Assembly: GCA_035063585.1 (NCBI GenBank)
Contig: JAPSGB010000012.1
Coordinates: forward strand, 32,001-96,000
From: Polyangiaceae bacterium
GTDB taxonomy: Bacteria; Myxococcota_A; Polyangia; Polyangiales; Polyangiaceae
Length of the DNA stretch: 64,000 nt
Direction of reading: 5' to 3'
Below the pieces are notes generated by a model that was given only the letters and a program-made list of their open reading frames with translations, did no database searches and was not told where the DNA came from. Each line of letters starts with the position of its first letter. Within the stretch, counting starts at the first letter, position 1. Below, in pieces: positions 27,553-37,766 of this stretch. The position numbers and the translations under genes were made by a program.

Positions 27553-28578
27553 TTGGGCCAAATCGGCACGATCCCGGCAATTCACGCGGTCCAGCTCGCC
27601 GACGTGCTCGGCCTCCCGGCCGAGGAGCTGTTTGCCGGGACCGAGCTCACCCGCGACACGGCGACCCACCACGGCGCGCGGATGAGCGTCGCCGAGCTCG
27701 AGCGAGTGGTGGCGCGCGCGCGCGAGCTGTCCGGTGAGCCGGCGCTCGGCCTCCTCGTGGGGCTCGGCATGCGCGTGTCCGGCCACGGCGATCTCGGCTT
27801 CGCGGTGATGACCGCGCCGACCGCGCGCGCGGCGCTCGAGCTCGCGGTGCGCTTCGCCCCGACCCGCACCGACGTCATCGCGCTCCGCCTGCATGAGCAA
27901 GGCGGCGCGGCGGCCATCGTGCTCGACGAGCTCGTCTCGCTCGGCAGCGCGCGCGACGCCGTCCTCTTCGCACTCGGGGTCGGCATCTGGCAAATCGGCA
28001 ACGCGCTCACCGGGCGCGAGCTCTCCGGGGCCGCTGACTTCACCTTCGAGGAGCCCGGGTACTTCGAGCGCTTTCGCGCGGTCGCGCCGGGACCGATCCG
28101 CTTCGGTCAACCGCAGAACCAGCTGGTCTTCGACTCGGCGACCCTCGAGCTCCCGTTCCTGTTCGCCGATCCGGCCGCCTCCCGGCTCGCCAGCGAGCAC
28201 TGCGAGGAGCAGCTCCGCGTGCTTCGCCGCGGCGCGCACCTGGTCGTCGAGACGCGCGCGCTCGTGCTCGACCATCACCTGCCCGAGGTCGCGCGGCGCT
28301 TGCACCTGTCCGAGCGCACCCTCAAGCGCCGCCTCGCCGCGCACGGCACCAGCGTGAGCCGGCTCCGCGCCGAGCAGCGCCTCGAGCGCGCGCTCGTCCT
28401 GCTCCGCTCCGGCGCGCTCAGCGTCCAGCAGATCGCCGATCTCCTCGGCTACGCCGACGTCGCCAACTTCACCCGCGCCTTCCGGCGCTGGACGGGGCTC
28501 ACGCCGGGCGCGTACCGGCGCGGCGACGCGGCGCGCCCCGGCGAGCCAGCGACGACGGCGTGCGAGCCCGAGCGCTAG
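27553..28578 (+). CDS. AraC-family transcriptional regulator (OruR-like)
   Basis: HGDLGFAVMTAPT ligand domain and C-terminal HTH (VARRLHLSERTLKRRL, IADLLGYADVANFTRAFRRWTG). Start uncertain (TTG 27553). Divergent from the hydrolase gene. Confidence 0.88.
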   Translation: MGQIGTIPAIHAVQLADVLGLPAEELFAGTELTRDTATHHGARMSVAELERVVARARELSGEPALGLLVGLGMRVSGHGDLGFAVMTAPTARAALELAVRFAPTRTDVIALRLHEQGGAAAIVLDELVSLGSARDAVLFALGVGIWQIGNALTGRELSGAADFTFEEPGYFERFRAVAPGPIRFGQPQNQLVFDSATLELPFLFADPAASRLASEHCEEQLRVLRRGAHLVVETRALVLDHHLPEVARRLHLSERTLKRRLAAHGTSVSRLRAEQRLERALVLLRSGALSVQQIADLLGYADVANFTRAFRRWTGLTPGAYRRGDAARPGEPATTACEPER

Positions 28579-28707
28579 CGCGAGGCGACGCCGGAGCGCG
28601 GGAGGCCTCAGCGGGAGGGGGCCGGTTCGGCGCGGAACCGCGCTGACCAGCCGTGGTCTGCGTCCGTACTTCACCGGCGATCCCCTCGGGCGCCGGCGGG
28701 GACTCCC

Positions 28708-29775
28708 TCACGGGCTCTCGAGCATCATGACCGTCCCATCGGCCTGGTTCGACCAGTAGACGCCGTCGGCGTCGGCCGCGATCGAAAACGGTGAGGCTTG
28801 ATGCTCGGCGAGGACCTCGGCTCCGGCGGTGCCCACCAGGGCGCTCGTGATGGTTCCGTCGGCGGCGTCGGTCACGTAGACGCGCGAGCCGAAGAGCGCG
28901 AGCCGGGTGGCCGAGCCGCCGGCCGCGAGGAGCGTCTCCGGCTCCTCGAGCGGCCGGTCGACGCCGAGCCGCCGCACCGAGCCGTCGCTGTTGGCCCAGT
29001 ACAAGAAGCCCTTCTGCGCGATGAGGTCGACCGGCCCAGGCTGCGCGACGGCGAAATCTACCGCCGCCGGTTGCCCGAGGGTAAGCCGCTGAATCGTGCT
29101 GATATTGTTGACGATGAACAGGTAGGAGCCGAAGCCGGCAGCCATGCTGTAGGCGTTCTCCACGTGGCCGCCGGGTTGTTGGTTGCGGTTGATGAGCGTC
29201 GTGGTGCTTCCATTGGTCGTCGAGACCGCAGCGACGCCGTCCTCGGTCGTCGCCAAGATCTGCAGGTTCCCTGCGCCGAGGTGTCTCAGCTGCCCGCAAG
29301 CGCCGACGAAGCAGTCTACCGTCTTCCAGTCGATGAGCGAGATGCGCGTGGCGAGCCCGGCCCCGCACGTTTCGTTAGCGACGTTATCGACGCCGGCGTA
29401 GAGCGACGTCCCGGCCAAGAGCAGGTCACGAGGGGCTCGTAGGCCGCTCGCGACCTCGCGGGGCGCTCCGGGGCGGGTCTTGTCGATGGCGAAGAGCTTC
29501 CCGTCGATGTTCGAGACGACGTATATGTTCGTCGCGTCGGTGGCGATCCCCCAGGGGAGGTTCAGCCCGGACGCCATGACGATGGGAGCGCCGCTCTCCG
29601 CGTCGGGTGGGAGCGCGCCGTCCTCCCCGCCGTCCTGCGTGGCGCCGGCGGCTCCTCCGCTGGCGGTGGAAGCGCTCGCATCGGCGAGGCTGCGCTCTTC
29701 GAGCCCGAGGATCTCGCTGCAGCCCAGGCTCGCGATCCAGGCTAGCGCGAGCGGCCAGAGGATTGATGAACGCAT
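28708..29775 (-). CDS. lipoprotein with beta-propeller-like repeats
   Basis: Lipobox SLGC-SEILG and repeated blades (PWGIATDATNIY, PVDLIAQKGFLYW, PFSIAADADGVYW). Confidence 0.75.
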   Translation of the reverse strand: MRSSILWPLALAWIASLGCSEILGLEERSLADASASTASGGAAGATQDGGEDGALPPDAESGAPIVMASGLNLPWGIATDATNIYVVSNIDGKLFAIDKTRPGAPREVASGLRAPRDLLLAGTSLYAGVDNVANETCGAGLATRISLIDWKTVDCFVGACGQLRHLGAGNLQILATTEDGVAAVSTTNGSTTTLINRNQQPGGHVENAYSMAAGFGSYLFIVNNISTIQRLTLGQPAAVDFAVAQPGPVDLIAQKGFLYWANSDGSVRRLGVDRPLEEPETLLAAGGSATRLALFGSRVYVTDAADGTITSALVGTAGAEVLAEHQASPFSIAADADGVYWSNQADGTVMMLESP

Positions 29776-29776
29776 C

Positions 29777-30796
29777 TCAGAACTTCACCTCCGTCGAGAG
29801 CCCTGCCGACGTCGGCCCGGCGTAGGGGCGGACCGCGACCGCGCGCCCGCCCGATGGGGTCTTGGTGAGCCAGACGATGAGCGCGCCGCCGACCAGCGCC
29901 GCCCCACCGACCCCGAAGGCGATCGTGGAGAGCGTCGCGGAGCGATGCGCGGAGTCGTTGTCGTCCAACCCTTGCCGGGAACACGTGGTCAAGTCGCACG
30001 CGCGGTCCGCGTCGCGCTGCTTCGACAGCGCCCGGAGCCCGAAGTAGCTTCCGATCCCCACCCCCACCACGCCGACCCCGGCGATCACGTAGCCGGTCGT
30101 GTGCAGCGTCGAGTGGGTCGACGGCTCCGGCGACGGGGCGGCTCGCACGGGTTCACTCGACGGTGCCGGCGACGGAGTCGTCGGGGGCTCGGCCCGCGCC
30201 GTGTCTTCGAGCAGGGGCACTTTGAACACCGTCTCGCTCGGCCCCGCTGGGATGACGATGTCGGTGCGGAAGCGCGCCTTGCCGGGCGCCGAAAATTCGA
30301 TTCGATGGCTCCCCGGGTCGAGTGGGAACGGCTCGCCGAGCGCCGCGTGCCCGATGGGCGTGCCATCGATTCGGATTTCGGTGCCGTAGAAGAGCGTCTC
30401 GCCGCGGAGCGTCAGCTTCGAGAGCTTGCGTTCGATGGCCGCCGCGCGCTCGCGCGCCAGGCGGGCGCGGTCGGGCTGCCCCGCGCGGTCGGCGCGAGCG
30501 GCGGCGTCGTTGAACTCGATCCAGGCCGTCGCGGTCTTCCCCTCCGTCGCGTGGCAGGTCGCGAGGTACATGAGCGTGCCGACTTGCGGGTCGAGCCGCT
30601 CGCTCTCCGCGAGCTTGATACACGCCTCGGAGGTGCGGCCGCTCTTGATGAGCGACTGCGCCTCGCGGAACAGGGACTCGGCGAGCGGGCGCTGCGTCGG
30701 AGCTTCCTCAGCGGAGGCGACGCGAGCCGACGCGCCGCTCACGCCGAGCGCCGCTGCCAACCCCCACCATACGAGCCCATGGCTCCGGTTGGTCAA
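29777..30796 (-). CDS. exported TPR plus PEGA-like protein with a hydrophobic C-terminal domain
   Basis: AESLFREA...ACIKLAESERLDPQVGTL TPR, IRIDG...LDPGSHRI PEGA, a Gly-rich hydrophobic hairpin and a terminal GLSTEVKF. Confidence 0.8.
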   Translation of the reverse strand: MTNRSHGLVWWGLAAALGVSGASARVASAEEAPTQRPLAESLFREAQSLIKSGRTSEACIKLAESERLDPQVGTLMYLATCHATEGKTATAWIEFNDAAARADRAGQPDRARLARERAAAIERKLSKLTLRGETLFYGTEIRIDGTPIGHAALGEPFPLDPGSHRIEFSAPGKARFRTDIVIPAGPSETVFKVPLLEDTARAEPPTTPSPAPSSEPVRAAPSPEPSTHSTLHTTGYVIAGVGVVGVGIGSYFGLRALSKQRDADRACDLTTCSRQGLDDNDSAHRSATLSTIAFGVGGAALVGGALIVWLTKTPSGGRAVAVRPYAGPTSAGLSTEVKF

Positions 30797-32373
30797 TAGC
30801 GCCCGCCCAAGTTGTCGAACGAATACGGTGAGGTCGTCGAGTTTCCGGGAGCGCGCTGCGGATGGGAAGCGGCTCTCGGCCGGCGCGGGCCAGCGGTGCT
30901 CGAGGGGAGGGCCTTCCGGCGCGGCTCGGAGGTCGCCACCGCGGGGAGCGCTAGCTCCGGCGGCGGCTCCTCGCCACCGGTCGCGGTCGTCCGCTCGGGG
31001 GTCGCTTCGGACCGTGGTGGGTCCGTCGCCGTCGCCTGCGAGGGCGCCGCTCGGGGCGTCGAAGCCGCGCTGACGCTGCGCTGGGCACTGGCCAACGCCA
31101 ATGCCCCGAGGCCCAGTGCGGCGAGCGACGCCAGCACCGCAGCGATCCGCCGGCGCCGTCGGCTCGTCGCGTGAGCCGCGTCCTCTCGGTCGAGTAGCCG
31201 CGGTTCCGTCGCGATAGCGAAGTCGTCTACCGGATCGACGGTGGTAGCTTCGCCGGGCAGGGTCGTCTCGCCCGACGGCGGCGTCTCGCCGGACGATGGC
31301 GGAAGGTCGGTTCGGATGGTGGCGACGAGCGCGGCGTCGTCCGCCTCCCGCGTCGCCTCGAGATGGTTGACGACGTCGGTGAGGTCCGGGATGCTGTCGG
31401 CGAGCGCTTCGATCGCGGCGACCTGCGCGGCGCGCGCTCCCATCCCAGGCCCGGACAGCTCGCGCATCCAGGCGGCCACCTCGCTGACCGACGCCGGGAC
31501 GACCGCGCGCTCGAGCGCAATCGCCATCTCGAGCGCCGTCGCGAAGCGCTCCTTCGGGTCCGTCGCGAGCCCCCGGAGCACGAGGTCGTCGAGCTCGGGA
31601 GCCGAGGGCCCCACGTGCGACGGAGGGAGCACCTCCGCGCCCCTCAGGCGGGCCCGCACGATGCTGGCGGCGTCGCCCTGGAAGAGCCGCTTGCCGGTGA
31701 GCACCTCCCAGAGCACGACCGCGATGGCGTAGATGTCGGCCTGACGAGTGACGACCTCCGAGCGGAGCTGCTCGGGCGCCATGTACGTGAGCTTGCCTTT
31801 GACGAGACCAGCGCGGGTGGTCTGGATGCGCCCGGCCGCCTTGGCCACGCCAAAATCGAGCACGCGCGTCATCCCGTCCTTACCAACGAACAGGTTCTGG
31901 GGAGAGACGTCGCGGTGGACGAGCTCGAGCGGTCGCCCCCGGTCGTCGAGCGCCTCGTGCGCCGCGTGGAGGCCGTGGAGGGCGCCCACGAGGATGCTCG
32001 CGACCAGCTCGGCAGGGATGCGACTCCCCGCGCTCGCCGCCTTGCGGATGAGCCCGGAGAGCGCCTCGCCTTCGAGGTATTCCATGACGAGGAAGAGCTC
32101 GCCGCGGTCGGCGACCACGTCGAGGGTCGGTGCGACGTTCGGGTGGCGGATCCGCGCCGCGAGGCGCGCCTCGTCGATGAACATCGAGACGAATTCGGGG
32201 TCGCGCGCCAGCTCCGGGTGGAGCCGCTTGATCGCGACCGTTCGCAGGAACCCGACCGGGCCGAGGAGCCGCCCGATGTGGACGGTGGCCATCCCGCCCT
32301 TGGCGATCTCGTCGAACAGCGCGTATCGACCAACGACCAGCGGGGTCCGGGCGCTCGGCGTGACCGCCGTCAT
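30793..32373 (-). CDS. membrane-anchored Hanks-type Ser/Thr protein kinase
   Basis: IAKGGMATV, VAIK, HRDVSPQN, DFGVAK and YMAPE motifs; one TM helix; Pro-rich extracytoplasmic tail. Confidence 0.95.
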   Translation of the reverse strand: MTAVTPSARTPLVVGRYALFDEIAKGGMATVHIGRLLGPVGFLRTVAIKRLHPELARDPEFVSMFIDEARLAARIRHPNVAPTLDVVADRGELFLVMEYLEGEALSGLIRKAASAGSRIPAELVASILVGALHGLHAAHEALDDRGRPLELVHRDVSPQNLFVGKDGMTRVLDFGVAKAAGRIQTTRAGLVKGKLTYMAPEQLRSEVVTRQADIYAIAVVLWEVLTGKRLFQGDAASIVRARLRGAEVLPPSHVGPSAPELDDLVLRGLATDPKERFATALEMAIALERAVVPASVSEVAAWMRELSGPGMGARAAQVAAIEALADSIPDLTDVVNHLEATREADDAALVATIRTDLPPSSGETPPSGETTLPGEATTVDPVDDFAIATEPRLLDREDAAHATSRRRRRIAAVLASLAALGLGALALASAQRSVSAASTPRAAPSQATATDPPRSEATPERTTATGGEEPPPELALPAVATSEPRRKALPSSTAGPRRPRAASHPQRAPGNSTTSPYSFDNLGGRY

Positions 32374-32601
32374 GCTGCGGCCTCCGCGCCACCCCGGCCC
32401 GCGCGACTGCCGTTCGAGGTTCGGCCCGGTCGGGCGTCGCCGGGCTCGAGGCCCGCTCCCGCTTCCATTCTCCCCCTGCTCCACGCCATGACCGGAGGAA
32501 GCGCGCGCATCCTTTCGAGGATCTCAATCGGGAGCGGCCTTGTCAACCGCGCGCGCCCGGGCGTCTCAGGTCCCCGGGCGGCGGCGCGGCGACGCGTAAG
32601 A

Positions 32602-33348
32602 TCAGCGCGGAGCGCGCGCTCCGGGGAGGGCCGGCCAGACCCGTATGCGCCCATCCGAACAGAGCACGATGGGCACGTTCGATAGCGTCACGCGGGCCTC
32701 GCTCACGCTCGGCGTGGGGGCTCGACTCAGGGCAGCGACGAGGCACCGGTCGAGCGCGAGGTCGCCGGTTCCCTCCTGCAACTCGACCGACTCGAACCCC
32801 CCCGCCGGGGAGACCACGAGCCGCGTCAGCGCGACCCGCCCGCGCTCCGAGACGACGCCGCGCGCTCGCGCCGCGCAGACCGCCAGTGGCTCTCGGGCGC
32901 CGCGGTGGAGCGCGCGCCGGATGGGCTCCGCCGCGGCCGGCGTCTCGGGCGCGTCGGTGCGCAGCGACGGCACGCGCGCCTCGGCCGACGTCGCTCCTCG
33001 CGCGTGTGCGCTCGCGTCCGAACCGCACGCCAGGAGCCACCGTCGCGAGCGCTCCGGCCGCGCCTCGTCGCGCTCGGCGGAGCCGGCGTCGGCCGATCGC
33101 TCCGGCGGCGCGGCGGCGTCGTCCGTCGCCGGCACGGAGCCGGCCGAGCGGAGCCCCGCGTCGTCACCCGGCGGCAAGCTCGGCTCTGCGCCCGATGGAT
33201 CTCGTGGCGGCGGCGTGGCCGCGGAGCGCCCGTCGGAGCGGGGCACGCTACCCGCGCAGCCGACGACCGACAGCGTGAGGACGCACCGCGCCAGTCGGCG
33301 GCTCACACCGCCGCACGGCCCGCCGATAGCGCCTCGCCGGCCCCGCAT
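32602..33348 (-). CDS. putative lipoprotein with AgmX/PglI (TonB-C-like) C-terminal domain
   Basis: Lipobox-like VVGC, Pro-rich linker and an IRRAL...LAVC...GRVAL...GDLALDRCLVAAL pattern. Start uncertain. Confidence 0.45.
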   Translation of the reverse strand: MRGRRGAIGGPCGGVSRRLARCVLTLSVVGCAGSVPRSDGRSAATPPPRDPSGAEPSLPPGDDAGLRSAGSVPATDDAAAPPERSADAGSAERDEARPERSRRWLLACGSDASAHARGATSAEARVPSLRTDAPETPAAAEPIRRALHRGAREPLAVCAARARGVVSERGRVALTRLVVSPAGGFESVELQEGTGDLALDRCLVAALSRAPTPSVSEARVTLSNVPIVLCSDGRIRVWPALPGARAPR

Positions 33349-33470
33349 CGCCCGGGTACGCTAGCCGCGATCGAATCGTCGACCAAGGCCATCTTGGTCG
33401 CGCGAACCGGCGAGCGCGCGGGAGGGAGAGATCCCCGCTCGCCGCGGCGAACCTGGCGCACACCCGTTCG

Positions 33471-35282
33471 TCAAGCAGGCTCGCGCTCGGGCCCTCGCGC
33501 CGCGAGGCGCAACCGCACGCACGCGAGGGGGCGCTCGATCCCCTTGAGCTTCGCATCGAAGCGCTCGACGACCTCACCTCGCGTGAGTCCGCCCGCCTCC
33601 GTGGCCCGGTCGTAGAGCGACCGGTCGAGCACGAGCTCCGCCGACTCGGCCTTTGCCTGCAGGCGCGCGGCGATGTTCACGGTCTGCCCGAAGTAGTCGA
33701 GCGCGCCGTTCGCGTCGACCACGTACGACGGACCCGCGAAGAACCCGAGCTTCACGTGCACGCCGTCGCAGTCGTCGCGTCCGGTGCGGAACCGTTCGAA
33801 CGCCTCGAGCACGTCGAGCGCGGCCTCGAGCCCAGCGAGCTCGTCGGTGAACGACGCCATGACGGCGTCGCCGATGGTCTTCACGAGCGCGCCGCCGCGC
33901 GCCTCGACCGCGCCGCCGATGACCTCGAAGTGATCTTGCACGAGTCGAAAGGCGGCCGCGTCACCGACTCGCGTGTAGAGCGCCGTCGAGCCGGTGAGAT
34001 CGCTGAAGAACAGGCCGACGCGCGCGACCTTGAGCGCGAGCCCGGGGCGCACCGTCTCGTGCGAGAAGAGCCTGCGGAACGGGCCGAGCGCGCTCACCTC
34101 GTGCGCGGTCGCGGCGAGGCTCGACCACTCGGTCCGCTCGAGCTTGGCGTGGCGCTCCTCCGGGGCGCGGTTCTCGACGGCGAGTACGCCTTCGGGGGCG
34201 ATCGCGAGGCTCGCCGGCTCGAGGGTGCGCCCCGCGACGACCTCGACGCGCGCCGGTCCGCCGGCGGCTACCTCGACCAGGGCGCTCGCGTCGCCGCGCA
34301 CGAACAGCCGATAGCGCCCCTCGCGCGCGGGGACGTCGAGCTCGCGCGTCGCGTTCGGTGCGAGGATCATCTGCGCGACGACGTGCGGCGTGCGCGCCGG
34401 ACCGCCGATGCAGTACGGGCCGGCGTCGATGGGCCGCACCGCGACGTTCGGTGCGAAGACGGCCTCGATCGAGCGATCGAGCTCGACGCCGAACGTGAGA
34501 TCGCAGAGGTGACAGTGCCCCTCGGCGCCAACTTCGGCGAGGTGCGGCATGGTAGCTGCGGCGGTTCGGCAGCTCGGGCAGACGAGGTCCCAGCGCAGCT
34601 CGAGGAGCCCGGTCGGTACCGCATGGAGGCAGGCGGTGAGCAGCGCGCGCCGAGCGAGCTTCCATGCGTCGGCCAGCTCGTATGGACGTATGCGGGCGAG
34701 GTCGGCGTCCTCCCCCCGGAGCACGTGGTCGGCGAGACGGCGCGCAAGCTCGGGATCGACGACCTCGGCGAGCGCGCGCTGAGCGCGGTCGAGCGCGTCG
34801 GGGCGCACCTGTTTGCTCGGCGGAGGCGCGAGGGGCCGCTCGCTCCGCATCGCCTCGTCCGCGCGCGCGACCTCCTCGAGCAGTCGCGCAACGGTCCGCG
34901 CAGCTCCCCGCCGGACGAGAGGCACGAGGAGACGGAGCTTGGGCTCGATCCAGAGCTCCGCGGTGACGACGCACCCATCTCCGTCCGGCGTGAGCTCGTA
35001 CCTCATCGCGAGCTCGCGCAGCGGGCCGGCGCGCATCTTTCGGCGGATGCTGAAGCGTTCCGGCTCCTTCCACTCGAACGGGCGCTCCTCGTAGGCGACG
35101 CCGAAGCCGTCGAGGCGAGTCGTGGCGAGGTAGCGCGCCGCTCCCGCGCCGTCGATCGGCGAGAGCGTGATGGCTCCCATGCCCGCCGCTCGGTTGAGCC
35201 GCTCGGTGTCGGTGACGACGCGCCACACCTGAGCGGGCGCCGAGGCGCACCGGATCGAGCTCCGGACCACGGCGGCTCGCAT
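33471..35282 (-). CDS. class III adenylate/guanylate cyclase with N-terminal SRPBCC and a central Cys-motif (DUF5939-like) domain
   Basis: VWRVVTDTERLNR SRPBCC start, CPSC and CHLC motifs, and cyclase motifs FFSDLTGST, VKTIGDAVMA and DYFGQTVNIAARLQ. Confidence 0.88.
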   Translation of the reverse strand: MRAAVVRSSIRCASAPAQVWRVVTDTERLNRAAGMGAITLSPIDGAGAARYLATTRLDGFGVAYEERPFEWKEPERFSIRRKMRAGPLRELAMRYELTPDGDGCVVTAELWIEPKLRLLVPLVRRGAARTVARLLEEVARADEAMRSERPLAPPPSKQVRPDALDRAQRALAEVVDPELARRLADHVLRGEDADLARIRPYELADAWKLARRALLTACLHAVPTGLLELRWDLVCPSCRTAAATMPHLAEVGAEGHCHLCDLTFGVELDRSIEAVFAPNVAVRPIDAGPYCIGGPARTPHVVAQMILAPNATRELDVPAREGRYRLFVRGDASALVEVAAGGPARVEVVAGRTLEPASLAIAPEGVLAVENRAPEERHAKLERTEWSSLAATAHEVSALGPFRRLFSHETVRPGLALKVARVGLFFSDLTGSTALYTRVGDAAAFRLVQDHFEVIGGAVEARGGALVKTIGDAVMASFTDELAGLEAALDVLEAFERFRTGRDDCDGVHVKLGFFAGPSYVVDANGALDYFGQTVNIAARLQAKAESAELVLDRSLYDRATEAGGLTRGEVVERFDAKLKGIERPLACVRLRLAARGPEREPA

Positions 35283-35437
35283 GGGGGGCTAAGCTACCAC
35301 GCGGCCGCCAGCGCCCTCCTCCTCGGAGCGGGCCGCCGCCCCGCCGCGGGAGCTCACGCCGCACCATCAACCGGAAAACATCGCGCCCGCGCCCGCGTTG
35401 GACAGCGAACGACTTTCCACATACGATTCCGATCAGG

Positions 35438-37012
35438 ATGAGACGCTTACTTATGCAGGGTGGGATGTTGGCGGTAGTGGCGGCTTGCTCGAGCAGCTTC
35501 AGTAGCGGCGCGAACGACGATGGGGGCGGCGCGGCGGGAGCTGACTCGAGCCTCGGCGGCAGCGGGGGAACCGCGGGCAGCAGCGGAGGAGCCACGGGCG
35601 GCGGCGGAGGAGCCACGGGCGGCGGCGGGGGAGCCGCGGGCGGCAGCGGGGGAACCGCGGGCAGCAGCGGGGGAGCGACGGGCGGCAGCGGGGGAGCCGC
35701 GGGCGGCAGCGGGGGAGCCGCGGGCGGGGCGAGCTGTGACCCGGCCGAGACGGTCGGCAGCGGCGTCTTCGCGAGCCCGACCGGAAGCGATGGGACGGGA
35801 GACGGCTCCGCCGGTAGTCCGCTCGCCACGGTCGGGCAGGCGCTGAAGCTCGCGGCGACCGGAGACAAGGTCGTGTACCTCGATCGAGGGACGTACAAGG
35901 AGCAGGTCACCGCGGACGGCACGAACGGCGGCGTCGTGATTCGTGGTGGGTGGTGGCGCGACGGTACCGAGTGGAAGCGCGACTGCGCGAGCGAGGCTCG
36001 GAGCCAGACCGTGATCGAATCGCCCACCAACACGGGCGTGCGCGTAGAGGGCGTGTCGCTGTCGCTCGAGACGCTCACGGTGAAGACCAAGGCGAACGGT
36101 CACAGCCCGGCCAACGGCGCTGGCGAGACGCTGTACGGCGTCTTCGTGACGGGGGGTACCGCGAAGCTGACGCTCACGGACGTGCACGTGGCGCCGGGAG
36201 TAGGGGGTAGGGGTGGTGCGGTCAGCGCGACCTTGCCGGGGCTCACCAGGGACTGTGACGGGCTCAACAACTGCGCCAACGGTGCTAGCGCCGACGATGC
36301 CGATGCCTCTGACCCCGCCGAGGCCGGCGTATTCGTAAAGGCCGGTTACGTACCCGGTGACGGCGAGGACGGGCACCCGGGCAACGCGGGTAACAACGGC
36401 ACCCCGGGTAACAACGGCGTACCGGTCAGCGGCTGCAGGTATCATGACAACTGCGCGGGTAGCTGCGCTGATGGTTGCCAATCGCCAAACGTGAGCACGT
36501 CGCCGGTCGTCGGGGGGACGGGCAAGTGCGGCTGCGGCGGAGCGGGGGGGCCCGCGGGCAAGGGCGGACGCGGCGGGGGCGGCTCGGTGGCGCTCTTCGC
36601 CGCCGGTCCTTGCACGATCCTCGTCACCCGCAGCCTGCTCGCCGCGGGCCGCGGTGGTGACGGCTCGGCCGGTCTCGCGGGCTCCGATGGTGAGGATGGA
36701 AAGACGGGCAGCGCCGGCGCCTCGGCCCAATGCTGGGGCGACTGCGCGCCCGTCGCCTGTGGCCAGCAGGGCGGTGGCTGCACGCAGTCCTTCAAGTCCG
36801 TGGACGGTGGCAGCCCGGGAACCGCCGGCGGCAAGGGCGGCAAAGGCGGCAAGGGCGGCGGCGGCTCGGGCGGTCCGTCGCTCGCGATCGTGCGCGTCGC
36901 GGGCGCGACCGTCCAGCGTGACGCCGCGTCGCAGGCCACGTTCGTGGCTGGGGGCGCGGGCATCGAGGGCGCGCCGAACGGCGAAGCCAAGGTCGAGCGG
37001 ATCGTCCCCTGA
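35438..37012 (+). CDS. Gly-rich (PGRS-like) lipoprotein with DUF1565-like motif
   Basis: Lipobox VAAC, Gly/Ser linker, VFASPTGSDGTGDGSAGSPLATVGQAL and GGxGG repeats. Confidence 0.8.
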   Translation: MRRLLMQGGMLAVVAACSSSFSSGANDDGGGAAGADSSLGGSGGTAGSSGGATGGGGGATGGGGGAAGGSGGTAGSSGGATGGSGGAAGGSGGAAGGASCDPAETVGSGVFASPTGSDGTGDGSAGSPLATVGQALKLAATGDKVVYLDRGTYKEQVTADGTNGGVVIRGGWWRDGTEWKRDCASEARSQTVIESPTNTGVRVEGVSLSLETLTVKTKANGHSPANGAGETLYGVFVTGGTAKLTLTDVHVAPGVGGRGGAVSATLPGLTRDCDGLNNCANGASADDADASDPAEAGVFVKAGYVPGDGEDGHPGNAGNNGTPGNNGVPVSGCRYHDNCAGSCADGCQSPNVSTSPVVGGTGKCGCGGAGGPAGKGGRGGGGSVALFAAGPCTILVTRSLLAAGRGGDGSAGLAGSDGEDGKTGSAGASAQCWGDCAPVACGQQGGGCTQSFKSVDGGSPGTAGGKGGKGGKGGGGSGGPSLAIVRVAGATVQRDAASQATFVAGGAGIEGAPNGEAKVERIVP

Positions 37013-37156
37013 AGGCGTTGCCATGAAGGAGCGTTCGGGACGGAGCGGGCGCACGCACCCGCCGGGCGCGCCGTTTGAAGCTCGGGCGCGCCGCCCGGTC
37101 GGACGCGAGGCGGCGCCCGAGCGCTGCCTCGCGCAGCGAGTGAGCCCAGGGCCCCG

Positions 37157-37573
37157 ATGAGGGCCACCGTGTGGGTGCTGGCGCTCGCCGTCATGAGCGC
37201 GACGTCGGCACCCTCGTGCAAGAAGAAGCAGGCGATGTGCGCGCCCGGCCCGCGCCTCGCGACGCTCACGCTTCCGGCGGTGTTTCACGTCTCCAAGTCC
37301 GGCAAGTACCTGGGCGTCGTGACGGTCGTCGCGAGCGGCGAGCCGGCGTTCGCGGCGGCGGGCAACGACCCCGCCGCCGAGCGCGCGCTCGCGGCAGCGC
37401 TCGCGACCGCCACGCGCGAAGCCTCCGTGCCGGTGTCCTATGAGACCTATCGGGACGGGGTACGCGCGCAGTGCAGTGTGGAAGTGAAGGTGGGGTCCCC
37501 GGAGTACGCCGACGCGGTGCGCCAGCATCTATCCTACGACCTCTATTACGAGGTCGCCGACCGCGCGCCCTGA
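37157..37573 (+). CDS. hypothetical exported protein or lipoprotein
   Basis: Hydrophobic signal followed by APSC-KKK; GC-rich third codon positions. Confidence 0.55.
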   Translation: MRATVWVLALAVMSATSAPSCKKKQAMCAPGPRLATLTLPAVFHVSKSGKYLGVVTVVASGEPAFAAAGNDPAAERALAAALATATREASVPVSYETYRDGVRAQCSVEVKVGSPEYADAVRQHLSYDLYYEVADRAP

Positions 37574-37766
37574 ACCAGCGCGGGTGCCGCGCGTCGCGAG
37601 TCCTCAGGGCGCTGCTCGACGCGCACTCGCGCGATGGGCTGGGCCGACTTCGACCCCGCGCCCGGCCTCGATGCGCGAGGCGAGGGGTCGCGCAGGGGCG
37701 CAAAAGGCATAGGCGCCGCCCCGACCAGCGGAACGGCGCCTGCGGCTGGGGCAGGTGCTCTTGGGC

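Noticed and set aside
35555..35730. Gly/Ser-coding repeats in lipoprotein linkers as mobile or regulatory repeats
   Set aside because: In-frame low-complexity linkers; similar ones occur in several lipoproteins in this window.
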